In this document: in pieces, positions 10,032 to 20,599 of the stretch
How the letters are laid out: every line of letters begins with the position of its first letter
Position numbering within the stretch: the first letter of the stretch is position 1
Assembly (NCBI GenBank): GCA_049652745.1
Contig: JBASEY010000042.1
Coordinates: 6,153 to 70,152, forward strand
DNA from: a bacterium
GTDB taxonomy: Bacteria; CSSED10-310
DNA length: 64,000 nucleotides
Direction of reading: 5' to 3'
Notes under the pieces: model-generated
What the model was told of the DNA's origin: nothing
The model's input: the letters and a program-made list of their open reading frames with translations, nothing else
The model's database searches: none
Position numbers and translations under genes: made by a program

Positions 10032-11057
10032 ATGTCCAGCGTGGCGCGCGTAACGGTAAACATATTGAATACGAACGAGATGCGTTTTCTTCCACGATGC
10101 GTGGATGCTGTGCTGAATCAGACGTATACGGACTATGAATGCGTCGTCATCGATAACGCATCGACGGACGGTTCCCCTGAATGGGTGGAGGCCAACCGCC
10201 CGGCAGTGAAAATTATACGGAATGCGTCTAATGAGTGGTATTGCGGGGGACACAATATAGGTATCCGCGAAACCAGCAGTGAGCTGTTGTTATTGTTGAA
10301 TTCCGATGTTTTTATCGAGCCGGATTTTTTAGAAAAAATGGTCGAAGGCATCGATGCCGATGAAAAACTGGGGGGCGTTCAAGGCAAGTTGTGGAAAATT
10401 TTGGACCCAGTCGGCGATGTTCCTCCACCAGATAAACGTTATATCGATACAACCGGTATTTTAATGACTCGAAGTCGGCGGAATTTCGATCGTTTTCAAG
10501 AATCCTTTGACGATGGAACGTTTGATGATCCAGGGCCTGTGTTCGGTCCTGACGGGTCCGCTCCGCTGTATCGCCGTTCGATGCTTGAAGACATCGCCAT
10601 AGATGGTGAATATTTCGATACGACCTTCAAAATTTATCGAGATGTCGTGGATTTAAGCTGGAGAGCCCGGTCGAGAGGTTGGAAATTTGCCTATGTTCCG
10701 AATGCGAAAGGATACCATGTTCGAGGCTTTTCGCCCCGAAAGCGCAAAAAACAACCTTTATTTTTCCGACGATTGTCTTATCGTAATCGGTATCTGACAT
10801 TGTTGAAAAATGAACAAACGCGATCGCTTCTTCCTCATTTACCGGAGTTTCTTGGGTTTGAAATCATGATGTTAGGGCATGTTTTATTCCGTGAACCGTC
10901 GTTGGTTTGTGCTTGGATGGACCTTTTAAAACTGCTTCCTCAGGCTCTGAAAAAAAGACGAAAAATCATGGCCGGAGCTGTCGTTCCGGCTGCTGATATC
11001 ACCCGTACGTTCGCTCGAAGAGCGCCTGACCTGCATCGCCGTGAAAAAGGAAGCTAG
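10032..11057 (+). CDS. family 2 glycosyltransferase
   Basis: GT2 motifs VVIDNASTDGS and a DxD region (LLLLNSDVF). I placed the start at an internal Met. Confidence 0.8.
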   Translation: MSSVARVTVNILNTNEMRFLPRCVDAVLNQTYTDYECVVIDNASTDGSPEWVEANRPAVKIIRNASNEWYCGGHNIGIRETSSELLLLLNSDVFIEPDFLEKMVEGIDADEKLGGVQGKLWKILDPVGDVPPPDKRYIDTTGILMTRSRRNFDRFQESFDDGTFDDPGPVFGPDGSAPLYRRSMLEDIAIDGEYFDTTFKIYRDVVDLSWRARSRGWKFAYVPNAKGYHVRGFSPRKRKKQPLFFRRLSYRNRYLTLLKNEQTRSLLPHLPEFLGFEIMMLGHVLFREPSLVCAWMDLLKLLPQALKKRRKIMAGAVVPAADITRTFARRAPDLHRREKGS

Positions 11058-11062
11058 ACGAT

Positions 11063-11806
11063 ATGGCCACACCGGTTATGAAGAAAAGCAAACCATGCCT
11101 AATCAGAACACTTGCCGGTTGGGGGTTCGGGCTGCCGATAACGTTTTTGACGGCTCTGACTGTGTTGGTGTGGTCTGCTGTCACTCGTAGCGGTGATGTG
11201 GTGCATAAAGGCGCTCGCTTTTGGGGCAGGGCAATATTGTGGTTATGTGATATCAAGGTCGTTATCAACGGTTTGGAACATCTGTCTGAATCCGCATCAT
11301 CGATGCTGATAGTCGCAAACCATCAAAGCATGTTCGATATTTTTGCGTTTGAGGGGTATTTTCCTGTCAAATTTGCCTGGATAGCGAAAAAGTCAATCTT
11401 CAGGATTCCGTTGGTGGGAGCGGCGATGAGGCGGGGAGGGTATATTTCCATCGACAGAGCGGATTCGGAAAGCGCCAGATTGTCTCTTCAAAAAGCGGCT
11501 GAACATCTACGGGATTATTCGATCGTGATTTTTCCGGAGGGTACCCGATCACGTTCCGGGAGCGTCGGTAAGTTCAAAAAAGGCGCTTTGCATCTGGCGG
11601 AAGCATCACGGGTGCCTATTTTACCGGTTACTGTAACCGGCTCCTGGGAGCGATTGAAACCTGAACATTGGGTCATTACCCCGGGAGTTTTGACGTTACA
11701 CATCGATCCACCTGTTTTGACGGTCGGCAAGACGCACGAAGAGATCGAAGAAGACTTGTCTGCTATCCGGGACGCCATGATACGGCGCGTGGATGCGTCA
11801 CATTGA
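11063..11806 (+). CDS. plsC: 1-acyl-sn-glycerol-3-phosphate acyltransferase
   Basis: NHQSxxD acyltransferase motif (VANHQSMFD) and FPEGTRS motif. Confidence 0.85.
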   Translation: MATPVMKKSKPCLIRTLAGWGFGLPITFLTALTVLVWSAVTRSGDVVHKGARFWGRAILWLCDIKVVINGLEHLSESASSMLIVANHQSMFDIFAFEGYFPVKFAWIAKKSIFRIPLVGAAMRRGGYISIDRADSESARLSLQKAAEHLRDYSIVIFPEGTRSRSGSVGKFKKGALHLAEASRVPILPVTVTGSWERLKPEHWVITPGVLTLHIDPPVLTVGKTHEEIEEDLSAIRDAMIRRVDASH

Positions 11807-12988
11807 GTCTCTATCGAGACCAAACTTTTTCATATATCGATAAAATGTGGCTTTATGAATTCCAAGGGCCTCTGAAGCCGCCGTGATATTTCCCTGATGC
11901 GCGACATAAGCTTTGCGTAAAAGTTCTGCTGTCGGTCGAAGGGAAGGCGGTTTATGCCGGGATGACGGACGCTCCGAAACAACCTGATATTCGCCGTCGA
12001 TGATGCCTCCTCCATGCACAGATTCACTATAGGGGGCTTTCTCGGGTGCAAGCCCGGCTTGATGAGGAATCAGGGCTTTCGGTAAAGGCTGTGACCAGGT
12101 TCCCGGCCAGCTTGGCGTATAACCTTTATAGGCTGAATGGGTGTCTTCAGATAATCTGCCATATTCAACATTTTGCAAGCCCCACGCACCGGCAGACAAA
12201 TAATCCCGCTCGGCGACCCACTCATTGAACGCGTCTTTCTCTATACGGTTGCCCTCTGTTTCAACATATACTCTCTCCAAAACATTGCGCAATTCTCGAA
12301 CATTCCCCGGCCAGTAGTAATCCAGCAGTAACTGCAAGGATTCTGAGGAGAGCTGCTGAATATTTTTTTTGTATCTCCGGTTCAGCATATCCAGGAAAAA
12401 ATCGACCAGAAGCGGAATATCGTTTTTTCTATCGCGCAATGCAGGGACATGGATTCGTAATACGGCCAGTCGGTGGTAAAGGTCACTTCTAAATCGTCCG
12501 CCGGCGACGAGTCTTTCGAGGTGGACATTGGTCGCGGCGACAATGCGCACATCGACAGGAATCAGTGTCTCCCCACCGATACGTTCAAATTTTCGCTCTT
12601 CAAGAACCCGAAGTATTTTGACCTGTATGCTGAGAGGCATGTCCCCGATTTCATCCAGAAAAAGGGTGCCATGATGCGCTCGTTCAAAACGACCGCGATG
12701 CGTTTTAACAGCGCCGGTAAACGCTCCCCTTTCATGGCCGAACAATTCTGATTCAAGTAGTTCTTCATGCAGAGCTGTGCAATTGATAGCCACAAAGGCG
12801 TTGTTGCGCCTGTTGCTGAACATATGCAAAGCCCTTGCAACCATTTCCTTGCCCGATCCGGTTTCACCGGTAATGACAACTGGAGCGTCGGTTGGAGCAT
12901 ACCGTTCAATTCGACGGAACATATCTTTCATCGAGCGTGAAGCGCCGATCATCCCGTAAAAAATATAAGATTGATAAGCCGACATCAT
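11798..12988 (-). CDS. sigma-54-dependent transcriptional activator lacking an N-terminal regulatory domain (PspF/HrpR-like)
   Basis: Walker A GETGSGKE, intact GAFTGA motif (ESELFGHERGAFTGA), arginine-finger region, and a C-terminal Fis-type HTH. Confidence 0.85.
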   Translation of the reverse strand: MMSAYQSYIFYGMIGASRSMKDMFRRIERYAPTDAPVVITGETGSGKEMVARALHMFSNRRNNAFVAINCTALHEELLESELFGHERGAFTGAVKTHRGRFERAHHGTLFLDEIGDMPLSIQVKILRVLEERKFERIGGETLIPVDVRIVAATNVHLERLVAGGRFRSDLYHRLAVLRIHVPALRDRKNDIPLLVDFFLDMLNRRYKKNIQQLSSESLQLLLDYYWPGNVRELRNVLERVYVETEGNRIEKDAFNEWVAERDYLSAGAWGLQNVEYGRLSEDTHSAYKGYTPSWPGTWSQPLPKALIPHQAGLAPEKAPYSESVHGGGIIDGEYQVVSERPSSRHKPPSLRPTAELLRKAYVAHQGNITAASEALGIHKATFYRYMKKFGLDRDSM

Positions 12989-13168
12989 CAGTTACTACTT
13001 TATGCGATTTACGGTGGTTTTTCAATTATCGAACGAAATCCGCCTGTGATCATACATGTGACAGGTGAGCTGAGATCGTGCGAGGTGTGGAATTGGCTGT
13101 CTTGACGCATCGAGGTTTTTCGGATACTGAGTGAGATCGGTGAAACGCGGGGTTTTAGGTAACGTATT

Positions 13169-14353
13169 ATGAAGACGAATAAATCGATTTATGCCGTAAT
13201 TGGTTGCGGTATGCAAGGTGTTGCAGAGGCGTATGATTTGGTTCGCTTTGGTCATGCCGAAAAAGTTGTGATGGTGGATTTGCGCCGGGAAGCCGCAGAG
13301 CAGGCGGCGGCTAGTGTCAACATGCTGACAGAGAGTGACAGGGCCGTTTCCATAGCGATCGATGCATCCCGAGGGGATGATATTGTTCGGATGCTTAGAG
13401 ATCACAATGTTACTGTTTGTTGTGGCGCTGCGCATTATGCACTCAATTATGAGCTTTCCAAAGCGGCTTTGGAAGCCGGTGCGCATTTTTGTGATATGGG
13501 AGGCAACACAGAAGTTGTCATGAAACAACACTTGCTGCATGATCCGGCGATGCAGAAAAACATTGGGATCGTTCCCGATTGCGGGATTGCGCCGGGAACT
13601 GCAAATATCCTGGCGGCACGTGCCATCAAACACATCGAATGCGATTCGATACAGATGTATTGCGGTGGTTTGCCGGTATCCAGAGATTTGCCGTTGGGGT
13701 ACAAATTGGTTTTTTCGATATCGGGTTTGACCAACGAATACACAGGTAACTGTATCGAGATACGAGATGGCCGGATTGTTTCCGTTCCAGCTTTTACTGA
13801 AAAAGAAGCTCTGGTGTTGCCGGAACCGGTGGGAGCCTGTGAAGCTTTTCTGACCAGTGGAGGTACCTCGACCGGGCCGATCAGTTTCCATGGCAAGCTG
13901 TCGTCATATGGATATAAAACCGTCCGATATCCCGGTCATTATGCAACAGTTCGCTCGATGATCGACATGGGGCTACTGGAATTGGATCCTGTTCAAGTTG
14001 CCGGTCAAGATGTTGTCCCCCGCGATCTGTTTCATGTTTTAGCGTCGGCTTATTGGGATTATCCGGATGAGCCGGATCTTCTTGTTTTGCGGGTTGTGGC
14101 TAAAGGGGCAATCGATGGTCGACCGGTCACAATGATTCAGGATCTGATGGATATACAAGATGGGAAAACCGGTTTTTCCGCTATGGCGCGAACGACGGCT
14201 TTTTCCGCTGCCATAATCGCGGAAGCTTTGGCATCGGGTGTTTTAGGTTCCGGTGTTCATTATCTTGAGCGGTCTGTCGACCCGGACTGGTTTGTCGAGG
14301 AAATGGCAAAGCGTTCGCTTCATGTTGTGACATTGATAGAATCCGCCGGATAA
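13169..14353 (+). CDS. saccharopine dehydrogenase family NAD(P)-dependent oxidoreductase
   Basis: N-terminal Rossmann motif AVIGCGMQG and Sacchrp_dh-like C-terminal region. Confidence 0.7.
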   Translation: MKTNKSIYAVIGCGMQGVAEAYDLVRFGHAEKVVMVDLRREAAEQAAASVNMLTESDRAVSIAIDASRGDDIVRMLRDHNVTVCCGAAHYALNYELSKAALEAGAHFCDMGGNTEVVMKQHLLHDPAMQKNIGIVPDCGIAPGTANILAARAIKHIECDSIQMYCGGLPVSRDLPLGYKLVFSISGLTNEYTGNCIEIRDGRIVSVPAFTEKEALVLPEPVGACEAFLTSGGTSTGPISFHGKLSSYGYKTVRYPGHYATVRSMIDMGLLELDPVQVAGQDVVPRDLFHVLASAYWDYPDEPDLLVLRVVAKGAIDGRPVTMIQDLMDIQDGKTGFSAMARTTAFSAAIIAEALASGVLGSGVHYLERSVDPDWFVEEMAKRSLHVVTLIESAG

Positions 14354-14408
14354 ACTAAACTGATAGCGACGTGCTGACCTGATACTTGGCTATGCAGAAA
14401 GTGATAAA

Positions 14409-17400
14409 ATGTCGGATTTTTTTTCTCTTATATCAAAACGTAATTTTTGCTTGATGACAGCCTTTCTTCTTGTTGTCGTCTGTGCCTATTCCGACGATCA
14501 TGCTCCAGTATCCATTTTAGATGATGCTTTTGAACGTGCCGGTGCTTTGCGTTCCGATTTGGTTGTTCCGGAACCTTGGGAATCAGGTTTGATCGTGGCG
14601 GGTCGGCAGCCGGCTTTGAGTGATGCTATGGTCGATCCGCTTTATATTGTGCCGCTGGCTCATGTTTTTGGCGCCAGGTTTCGAGGGTTGAAAGGAACGA
14701 TTTCACCGGACAGTCTATTGGATACAGCCTATGAAATGCTCCATATCAGCACAACGGCTCACAAATCTTTCGTGCCGGAACCGAAGAGCCTTGTGGATGC
14801 TTTGGAGTGGCTCCAGGCAAGTCATCACAGAGGTGTTATTGAGGCGCATTATAGATCACATTTGGAAAAGCGGATTGCCCAATGGCCCACTGAATTGGAA
14901 GAGGCGGTCAGCATACTTGTTCAGGCAATGACAACCGCGTCTATGCTGCATAAAGAAGCTTTGGCCGCCCTGGATACGGAAGAAATCGAATTGCTGAAGG
15001 AGTCGATTGTCTCGATCGTTTCCGATCCAATTTCTACAGACGGCCAAATATTTTTTTCTGATAATGATCTGGAATGGCCCAGAAATCTCCAGTTGATGGC
15101 AAAAGTCAATTTCAACAAATTGTTCTATGCCGCCGATATTCTGGCGAAGGCCGTTGTCATAACTCGAGCGGGTCTTCAGACTGTCGCCGCGAAAATTCCT
15201 GCAAATCACGAAGAAGTACTTCTCAATTTTTATTCGCCGATAGGTAGAATAGTTGTCGCCGGTACCGGTATCAACACGCATAACAGCGATGCCGCATTGC
15301 TGATAGATCTTGGAGGAAATGATATTTATTTGAACAATGCCGGAGGTTGCATTGAATCCGGCGTCGGTATATCTCTTTTAATAGATATCTCGGGCAACGA
15401 TATTTATGAAAACCTGAATCCGGGTTCTCTCGGCGGCGCTATTCTCGGTGTAGGAATGGTGTTTGATTGCGAAGGCAGGGATGTTTATCGCAGTGGTTCG
15501 TTATCTCAGGGGGCGGCGATAGGAGGAGTGGGGTTTTTATATGATGAGCGTGGGGATGACATCTATCATGCGAAGTCGTTTTGCCAGGGAGCGGCGGTTT
15601 TTGGGGTTGGGATTTCAATAGATCTTGAAGGCGACGATACGATCGTTTGTAAAAGTATGGGTCAGGGTTTTGGCTCGACACTCGGCCTTGGTTTAATGCT
15701 CAATATTGCCGGAAATGACAGTTACGCATCCGGAGTTGATTTGGCTGCAACCGAATCGAATCCCGGCTTCGTATTCGCTCAAGGAGCCGCTGCGGGTTTT
15801 TCGCCGTCGGATAAGTCCAAGAATGTCGGTTATTATGGAGGAATAGGATTTTTGATCGATGGCAAAGGTGATGATCAGTATCTTGCAGGCCAATTCTGCC
15901 AGGGTGCCGCCAAGTTCGGTTCTATGGGGCTGCTTCTGGATTGTGGTGGAGATGACTATTACCAAGCCGGAGATTTTTCGCAAGGAGCCGCCGAGGATTG
16001 GAGTTCGGCGGTCATCATCGACCTGAAAGGCTCCGACAGATATTTAGCGGGAGATACATCCCAGGCTGCGGCGGTGAACCATTCGACAGGTATTTGCCTG
16101 GATTACGAAGGCGATGATGAGTACACCCTTATTGGAGCGCATGGCCAAGGGCATGCCCGACAACCGTTTTCATTGGGATTATTCCTTGATTACAAGGGGT
16201 TTGATCGGTATTCAGGAGGTCCTTTCAGTCGAGGTTCCGTCGTCAACACGTTTCAAGATACCGGCTATATCATAGGTGTTTTTATTGACCACAGAGGAAA
16301 AGATATTTACGAGGGCGTTATTTACGAAAACGATTCTGATAAGGAGATAAACAATACATTTTGGAGCCGCCGATTCGGTGAAATCGGTATTGATACTCCC
16401 CTGGCGCCAGGATTGTATTTCTTGGATCAACAGGCTCATTCGCGTCACCAGCATTATGATATGAGCCCTGTAACGGATTTGGAAAGCGGGGTGGAATTGT
16501 CCCGTTTGGGAGCAGGTGATCCGTTTAAGTGTAATCATGCGTTAAGCTTTGTGAACGATAAAGGAAAGGATGCCATACCAATCATTATCAAAGCGGTAAG
16601 CCGTGGTCACGACTCTTTTCGCCGAACAATCGAAGAAGGCCTTGGTATTATATTATTACAGCATCCTGTCGATACGGAAAGCATCGATCAGCTTATTCCC
16701 CTGCTTGGTAATCTGGACCCCAAAACTCGACAATGGGCCTTGATTCAGTTAGCCAAATACTCCTCTTCCGACCTTGTCGAAGTGGTGGCGAATCACCTTC
16801 ACGACGACGATGCCGGGGTTCGTGAAGCTGCAGCCCGGATAGCCGGCGGAATAAAGAGCTCCAAGTTGGAGCGGGAACTGGCTCAAATGGCTGTCAACGA
16901 CACGAAGCCGGGATGCAGATATGTCGCCATGAAAGCTCTGGCGGTCAATACAAGTCCGGAGTATGAAGTTGTTTTCAGGAAAGGGCTGGGCGATTCTCAT
17001 TTGGCAGTTCATCATGCCGCATTGGACCGGGTTATTCATCAAAATGATCTTGTAGCTATAGGAGCGCTACAACTTTTATCATTAAGTCAAAATCCGTTTG
17101 TGCGTGTTTCTTCGGCAATCGGATTGATCCAATTGGGCGAAAAAAGCGGGTTTCCCATTTTGATCGATTCGCTGGAAGGAGTACCGCGAGAGATCTCGCC
17201 GTTCGACACTGCGCAAGATGTGTCTGAATTCATGGCAGAATACAGCGGGGTGGATCATGGTTGGAACAAGGGTACCTGGGAACAATGGTGGGCATCGAAT
17301 GAAGCGGATTTTTCATTGATGCGCTGCCAGAAGGCTCGTCAAGATTACCTTGAGTTTTACAGTTTGATAGCTACGATGCCCCCGATTCAAGTTGTGAATA

Positions 17401-17720
17401 GGCTCGATCAATTGCGAGCAAAATATCCGTTTTATAAGGGTATCGATAAGCGCCTTTCCGTATTTGTTCAAAAAGCATCGCAAATTGCAATGGCTGATAA
17501 GGCCTGGGATTCGGCGGGGAAATTGGTGGATTATTTGGTTGATATGAATCCGGATAATCCTGATACCTGGGTTACTCTATCTCAATATTTGCATTGGACC
17601 AAACGAACCGAAGAAGCATTGACTGCTTTGGAAAAAGCTCTGAATAAAGAACCTGAAAATGCACTTTACGGGCGCTTGAAAGAAATCTATGAGGATACAC
17701 TTCGGCGATCCGCTAATTAA
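14409..17720 (+). CDS. large secreted repeat protein: about 12 tandem 27-aa GDDxY/QGAA beta-solenoid-like repeats, then HEAT and C-terminal TPR repeats
   Basis: Signal peptide. Repeats GNDIY.., GRDVY..SQGAA..GVGFLYDER, GDDIY..CQGAA..GISIDLE and so on, between about nt 15260 and 16330. PBS-lyase/HEAT-like repeats near aa 680-900. TPR at the C-terminus. Confidence 0.7.
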   Translation: MSDFFSLISKRNFCLMTAFLLVVVCAYSDDHAPVSILDDAFERAGALRSDLVVPEPWESGLIVAGRQPALSDAMVDPLYIVPLAHVFGARFRGLKGTISPDSLLDTAYEMLHISTTAHKSFVPEPKSLVDALEWLQASHHRGVIEAHYRSHLEKRIAQWPTELEEAVSILVQAMTTASMLHKEALAALDTEEIELLKESIVSIVSDPISTDGQIFFSDNDLEWPRNLQLMAKVNFNKLFYAADILAKAVVITRAGLQTVAAKIPANHEEVLLNFYSPIGRIVVAGTGINTHNSDAALLIDLGGNDIYLNNAGGCIESGVGISLLIDISGNDIYENLNPGSLGGAILGVGMVFDCEGRDVYRSGSLSQGAAIGGVGFLYDERGDDIYHAKSFCQGAAVFGVGISIDLEGDDTIVCKSMGQGFGSTLGLGLMLNIAGNDSYASGVDLAATESNPGFVFAQGAAAGFSPSDKSKNVGYYGGIGFLIDGKGDDQYLAGQFCQGAAKFGSMGLLLDCGGDDYYQAGDFSQGAAEDWSSAVIIDLKGSDRYLAGDTSQAAAVNHSTGICLDYEGDDEYTLIGAHGQGHARQPFSLGLFLDYKGFDRYSGGPFSRGSVVNTFQDTGYIIGVFIDHRGKDIYEGVIYENDSDKEINNTFWSRRFGEIGIDTPLAPGLYFLDQQAHSRHQHYDMSPVTDLESGVELSRLGAGDPFKCNHALSFVNDKGKDAIPIIIKAVSRGHDSFRRTIEEGLGIILLQHPVDTESIDQLIPLLGNLDPKTRQWALIQLAKYSSSDLVEVVANHLHDDDAGVREAAARIAGGIKSSKLERELAQMAVNDTKPGCRYVAMKALAVNTSPEYEVVFRKGLGDSHLAVHHAALDRVIHQNDLVAIGALQLLSLSQNPFVRVSSAIGLIQLGEKSGFPILIDSLEGVPREISPFDTAQDVSEFMAEYSGVDHGWNKGTWEQWWASNEADFSLMRCQKARQDYLEFYSLIATMPPIQVVNRLDQLRAKYPFYKGIDKRLSVFVQKASQIAMADKAWDSAGKLVDYLVDMNPDNPDTWVTLSQYLHWTKRTEEALTALEKALNKEPENALYGRLKEIYEDTLRRSAN

Positions 17721-17735
17721 AAAGGAGGAGTTATC

Positions 17736-18920
17736 ATGCTGTTTTCTCGATCTGATGTAAATACACGTTTGATGATCTGTTTTTGTTCAATTGTAATCGT
17801 ATTTTTTTCATCATCCTCTCTGGCGTTTTTGTCACCCGAGACACCATTGCCGTCGCCACCGAAAAATTGTCATGCTGCTCTGGTTATGGAGGTTTCTTCG
17901 GGGGAAATAGTGTTTGAATACAATATAAACGATCGGGTCTATCCAGCGTCCATGGCCAAAATGATGTTGGTTTTGATAGCCATGGAAAAAGTGAAATCCG
18001 GAGAAATCTCTTTGGACGACGTAATAACCGTATCTGCCGCAGCTTCAAAGATCGGGGGTTCGCAAGTATACTTGAAACAAAATGAAACATTTACCTTACA
18101 GGATCTGTTGGAATCGGTTTTGATACAATCCGCCAATGATTCCAGCCATGCGATAGCGGAATATATAGCTGGTTCTCGAGATGGTTTTGTTGAGCTGATG
18201 AATCAAAGAGCCGCGCAATTAGGGATGGAGAACACGGTATATCAATCTCCGCACGGCCTTCCGCCTGATGCACAAAGAGGACCCGATATCACAACAGCTC
18301 GTGATTTGGCTGTTTTGGCTCGTGAACTATTGATCAATCATCCTGAAATACTTCAATGGACATCATTGGATACCAAACCTTTTCGTGACGGAACATTTAT
18401 TATGACCAATACGAATCGTTTGGTACGTAAATTTGACGGATGCGATGGAATAAAAACCGGTTATTATCGGGATGCCGGGTTCAGTATAACAGCTACGGCA
18501 CAGCAAAAAGGCGTGCGGGTCATCGCGGTTGTCGCTGGTTGTGGGAAAGGGAAAGAAAGGTTTGATGAAGCTGAAAGGCTTATGAAATGGGGTCTGTCGC
18601 TTTTTATAAACACTGAATTGATTTCGGCGGGGTTTCCTGTAGAGAATCTGATTCCGGTCGTAAACGGCGCCAAACTGGAAACTCGACCTGTGACTCAAAA
18701 CAGTGTGAGCGCCGTTATACCCAAGAACAGAGTGGGCGATATCATGATGAAAACCACTCTCGAACGTGAGCTGGTTGCGCCGTTGGAACCTGGAATAAAA
18801 TGTGGAAAAATAAGCTTTTCCCTGGATGACCATGAATTGGGAACAAGTGACCTGGTAACCTCGGAATCCATTGAAGCGCTGGGGTGGTGGGGACGATTGA
18901 AACGAAAAGTCGGGTTGTGA
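17736..18920 (+). CDS. D-alanyl-D-alanine carboxypeptidase (S11 peptidase, PBP5/6-like)
   Basis: SxxK motif (SMAK), SxN motif (SAND), KTG motif (IKTGYY). Signal peptide present. Confidence 0.85.
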   Translation: MLFSRSDVNTRLMICFCSIVIVFFSSSSLAFLSPETPLPSPPKNCHAALVMEVSSGEIVFEYNINDRVYPASMAKMMLVLIAMEKVKSGEISLDDVITVSAAASKIGGSQVYLKQNETFTLQDLLESVLIQSANDSSHAIAEYIAGSRDGFVELMNQRAAQLGMENTVYQSPHGLPPDAQRGPDITTARDLAVLARELLINHPEILQWTSLDTKPFRDGTFIMTNTNRLVRKFDGCDGIKTGYYRDAGFSITATAQQKGVRVIAVVAGCGKGKERFDEAERLMKWGLSLFINTELISAGFPVENLIPVVNGAKLETRPVTQNSVSAVIPKNRVGDIMMKTTLERELVAPLEPGIKCGKISFSLDDHELGTSDLVTSESIEALGWWGRLKRKVGL

Positions 18921-19196
18921 ACACCGAGCGGTTCGTGAATCGTCCTTGGTTCGGTCACCGAAGTCCAGGGTAAAGTCCGAAGAGATTGCTTGTTTTTTCG
19001 ATTTGTCACGTCTAATTATTTACGAATACTGCTTTACATGAGAGACTTCAGTTGAAGTCTAAAGGGCAGCGGATTTCTTGAGGATCAGGTTCAAGACCTT
19101 TCCGATATCGCTGATTACCGCTTCTTCCATACTTCATTTCAATACCCGTATCATCGGAGTGATAGGGATAGACAGCATAAAAGTGTGGGAATTTAA

Positions 19197-19225
19197 TTGA
19201 CTTTTCTTATTTCTTTTGGTATAAG
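19197..19225 (+). promoter_or_regulatory. sigma-70-type promoter candidate, TTGACT-17nt-TATAAG
   Basis: Near-consensus -35 and -10 hexamers with a 17-bp spacer, about 48 nt upstream of the beta-helix gene start. Confidence 0.45.
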
Positions 19226-19272
19226 TGTTCTGGAAGAGAAATAAAACCTTTATCAGAAAGGTAGGTTACACT

Positions 19273-20454
19273 ATGAAAAGGTTTGGGCTTATTATCATAA
19301 GTGTCGCATTTCTTGCGGTTCTGCCCTTGTCGGCGGCGACGTGGAAAGTTGGCAAAAGTACGCTGGCTGATTTCGACAGTATTCAGCAGGCAATTCTGGA
19401 CAGTTCTGTCCAAAGCGGTGATACCATATTGGTTTTACCGGGTGTTTATGTCGAGAATGTGTGGTTTCCGGCTAACAAGAACCTTGTTGTCAGGGGGGTA
19501 AAAGGGTATAAGGAGACGATCATTCAACGGCCTGAAATGGATTCAAAAGGTCCTCAGATGACGGTATTGATCAGAAGCCGGAGTGTTTTCGAAGGTTTCA
19601 CGGTAGAAGACCCAAAAGGAGTCATTTGGCCTTTAACAACACTGGAATCTCTGCCGCAACCGGGGGGACAAATCCTTGAAAACACCGCAGGCATCACCGT
19701 AACCGGTCCCGCAACAGTTAAGAACAATTACGTTTCTGGACACCGGTTTGGCATATTGCAAGAGTGTCCTTCGGGAGCAATGGGAATACCGCCTGTTATT
19801 CGGTTCAACATTGTAGAGCATAACGATATCGGGATCGGATGTTGTGAAACGTTTTCGATTTTTCGTGACAACATTGTCACCAACAACTTTTGGTTGGGAA
19901 TTTTCGTTGGGCATTCATCTTGTGATGAAATCGTCAATAATCTGGTAATTGGAAACGGCACTTTGGGCAGGGAGACCAGTTGTGGTGTATTTTGCTGGCA
20001 ATCATATACGTGGCGTCCGTATGAATTGAACCCGAAAATTTCCGCCAATACGATTGCAGCGAACAATGGTGACGGGATTATCTGTGTTTATGTTGAAGGC
20101 GCTCCCAATGTGCCTGTGATAGAACACTCGATCATTGCGCAAAATAGCGGTATTGGCATACACGTTGTTCCGGCGGACAATGAAAACGATACTCCGCGTC
20201 CCAGAGTTTACAACTGCAATATCTGGGGTAATGCTGTCGCCGATGTCAAAAACGTCAGTCGCACAATTAACTGCATCTCGGAAGACCCGTTGTTCGTTCA
20301 TGGATACCGACTGGATTATCTGTCCCCGTGCATTGACCGAGGCGCTCTGCCGGAAAACATCGGCAGTACGACCATCGACAATAAACCTGACAAGGGCAAA
20401 CAAGACCTTGGATTTCATTATCCGATACCGTTGATGCCGGGATTGTTGCAGTAA
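19273..20454 (+). CDS. secreted right-handed parallel beta-helix repeat protein
   Basis: Signal peptide. Repeated short beta-helix turns with N/G-rich caps (NosD/pectate-lyase-like). Preceded by a near-consensus sigma-70 promoter. Confidence 0.6.
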   Translation: MKRFGLIIISVAFLAVLPLSAATWKVGKSTLADFDSIQQAILDSSVQSGDTILVLPGVYVENVWFPANKNLVVRGVKGYKETIIQRPEMDSKGPQMTVLIRSRSVFEGFTVEDPKGVIWPLTTLESLPQPGGQILENTAGITVTGPATVKNNYVSGHRFGILQECPSGAMGIPPVIRFNIVEHNDIGIGCCETFSIFRDNIVTNNFWLGIFVGHSSCDEIVNNLVIGNGTLGRETSCGVFCWQSYTWRPYELNPKISANTIAANNGDGIICVYVEGAPNVPVIEHSIIAQNSGIGIHVVPADNENDTPRPRVYNCNIWGNAVADVKNVSRTINCISEDPLFVHGYRLDYLSPCIDRGALPENIGSTTIDNKPDKGKQDLGFHYPIPLMPGLLQ

Positions 20455-20599
20455 ATTTCGATACGGAAGCTGTTTCGAGCTGTTCGTGTGGGCTTGAATT
20501 GTTACGCTGAGAATTCTTGAAAAATATCGAATAAAGTTGATCTTTTACAAAAGGATGTTCTATCATGACCACGCTGGATTTTGTACGCAGAGGTTTGCC

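Noticed and set aside
12989-13168. Possible sigma-54 promoter TTGGCTGTCTTGACGC between the EBP and the saccharopine dehydrogenase gene
   Set aside because: Only the GG and GC dinucleotides match at correct spacing. The -24 and -12 hexamers otherwise fit poorly. Not reported as a feature.
18921-19100. Palindrome GACTTCAGTTGAAGTC and nearby partial inverted repeats after the carboxypeptidase gene
   Set aside because: Short stem without a clear U-tract, so I cannot support a terminator or ncRNA call. The promoter further downstream is better supported.
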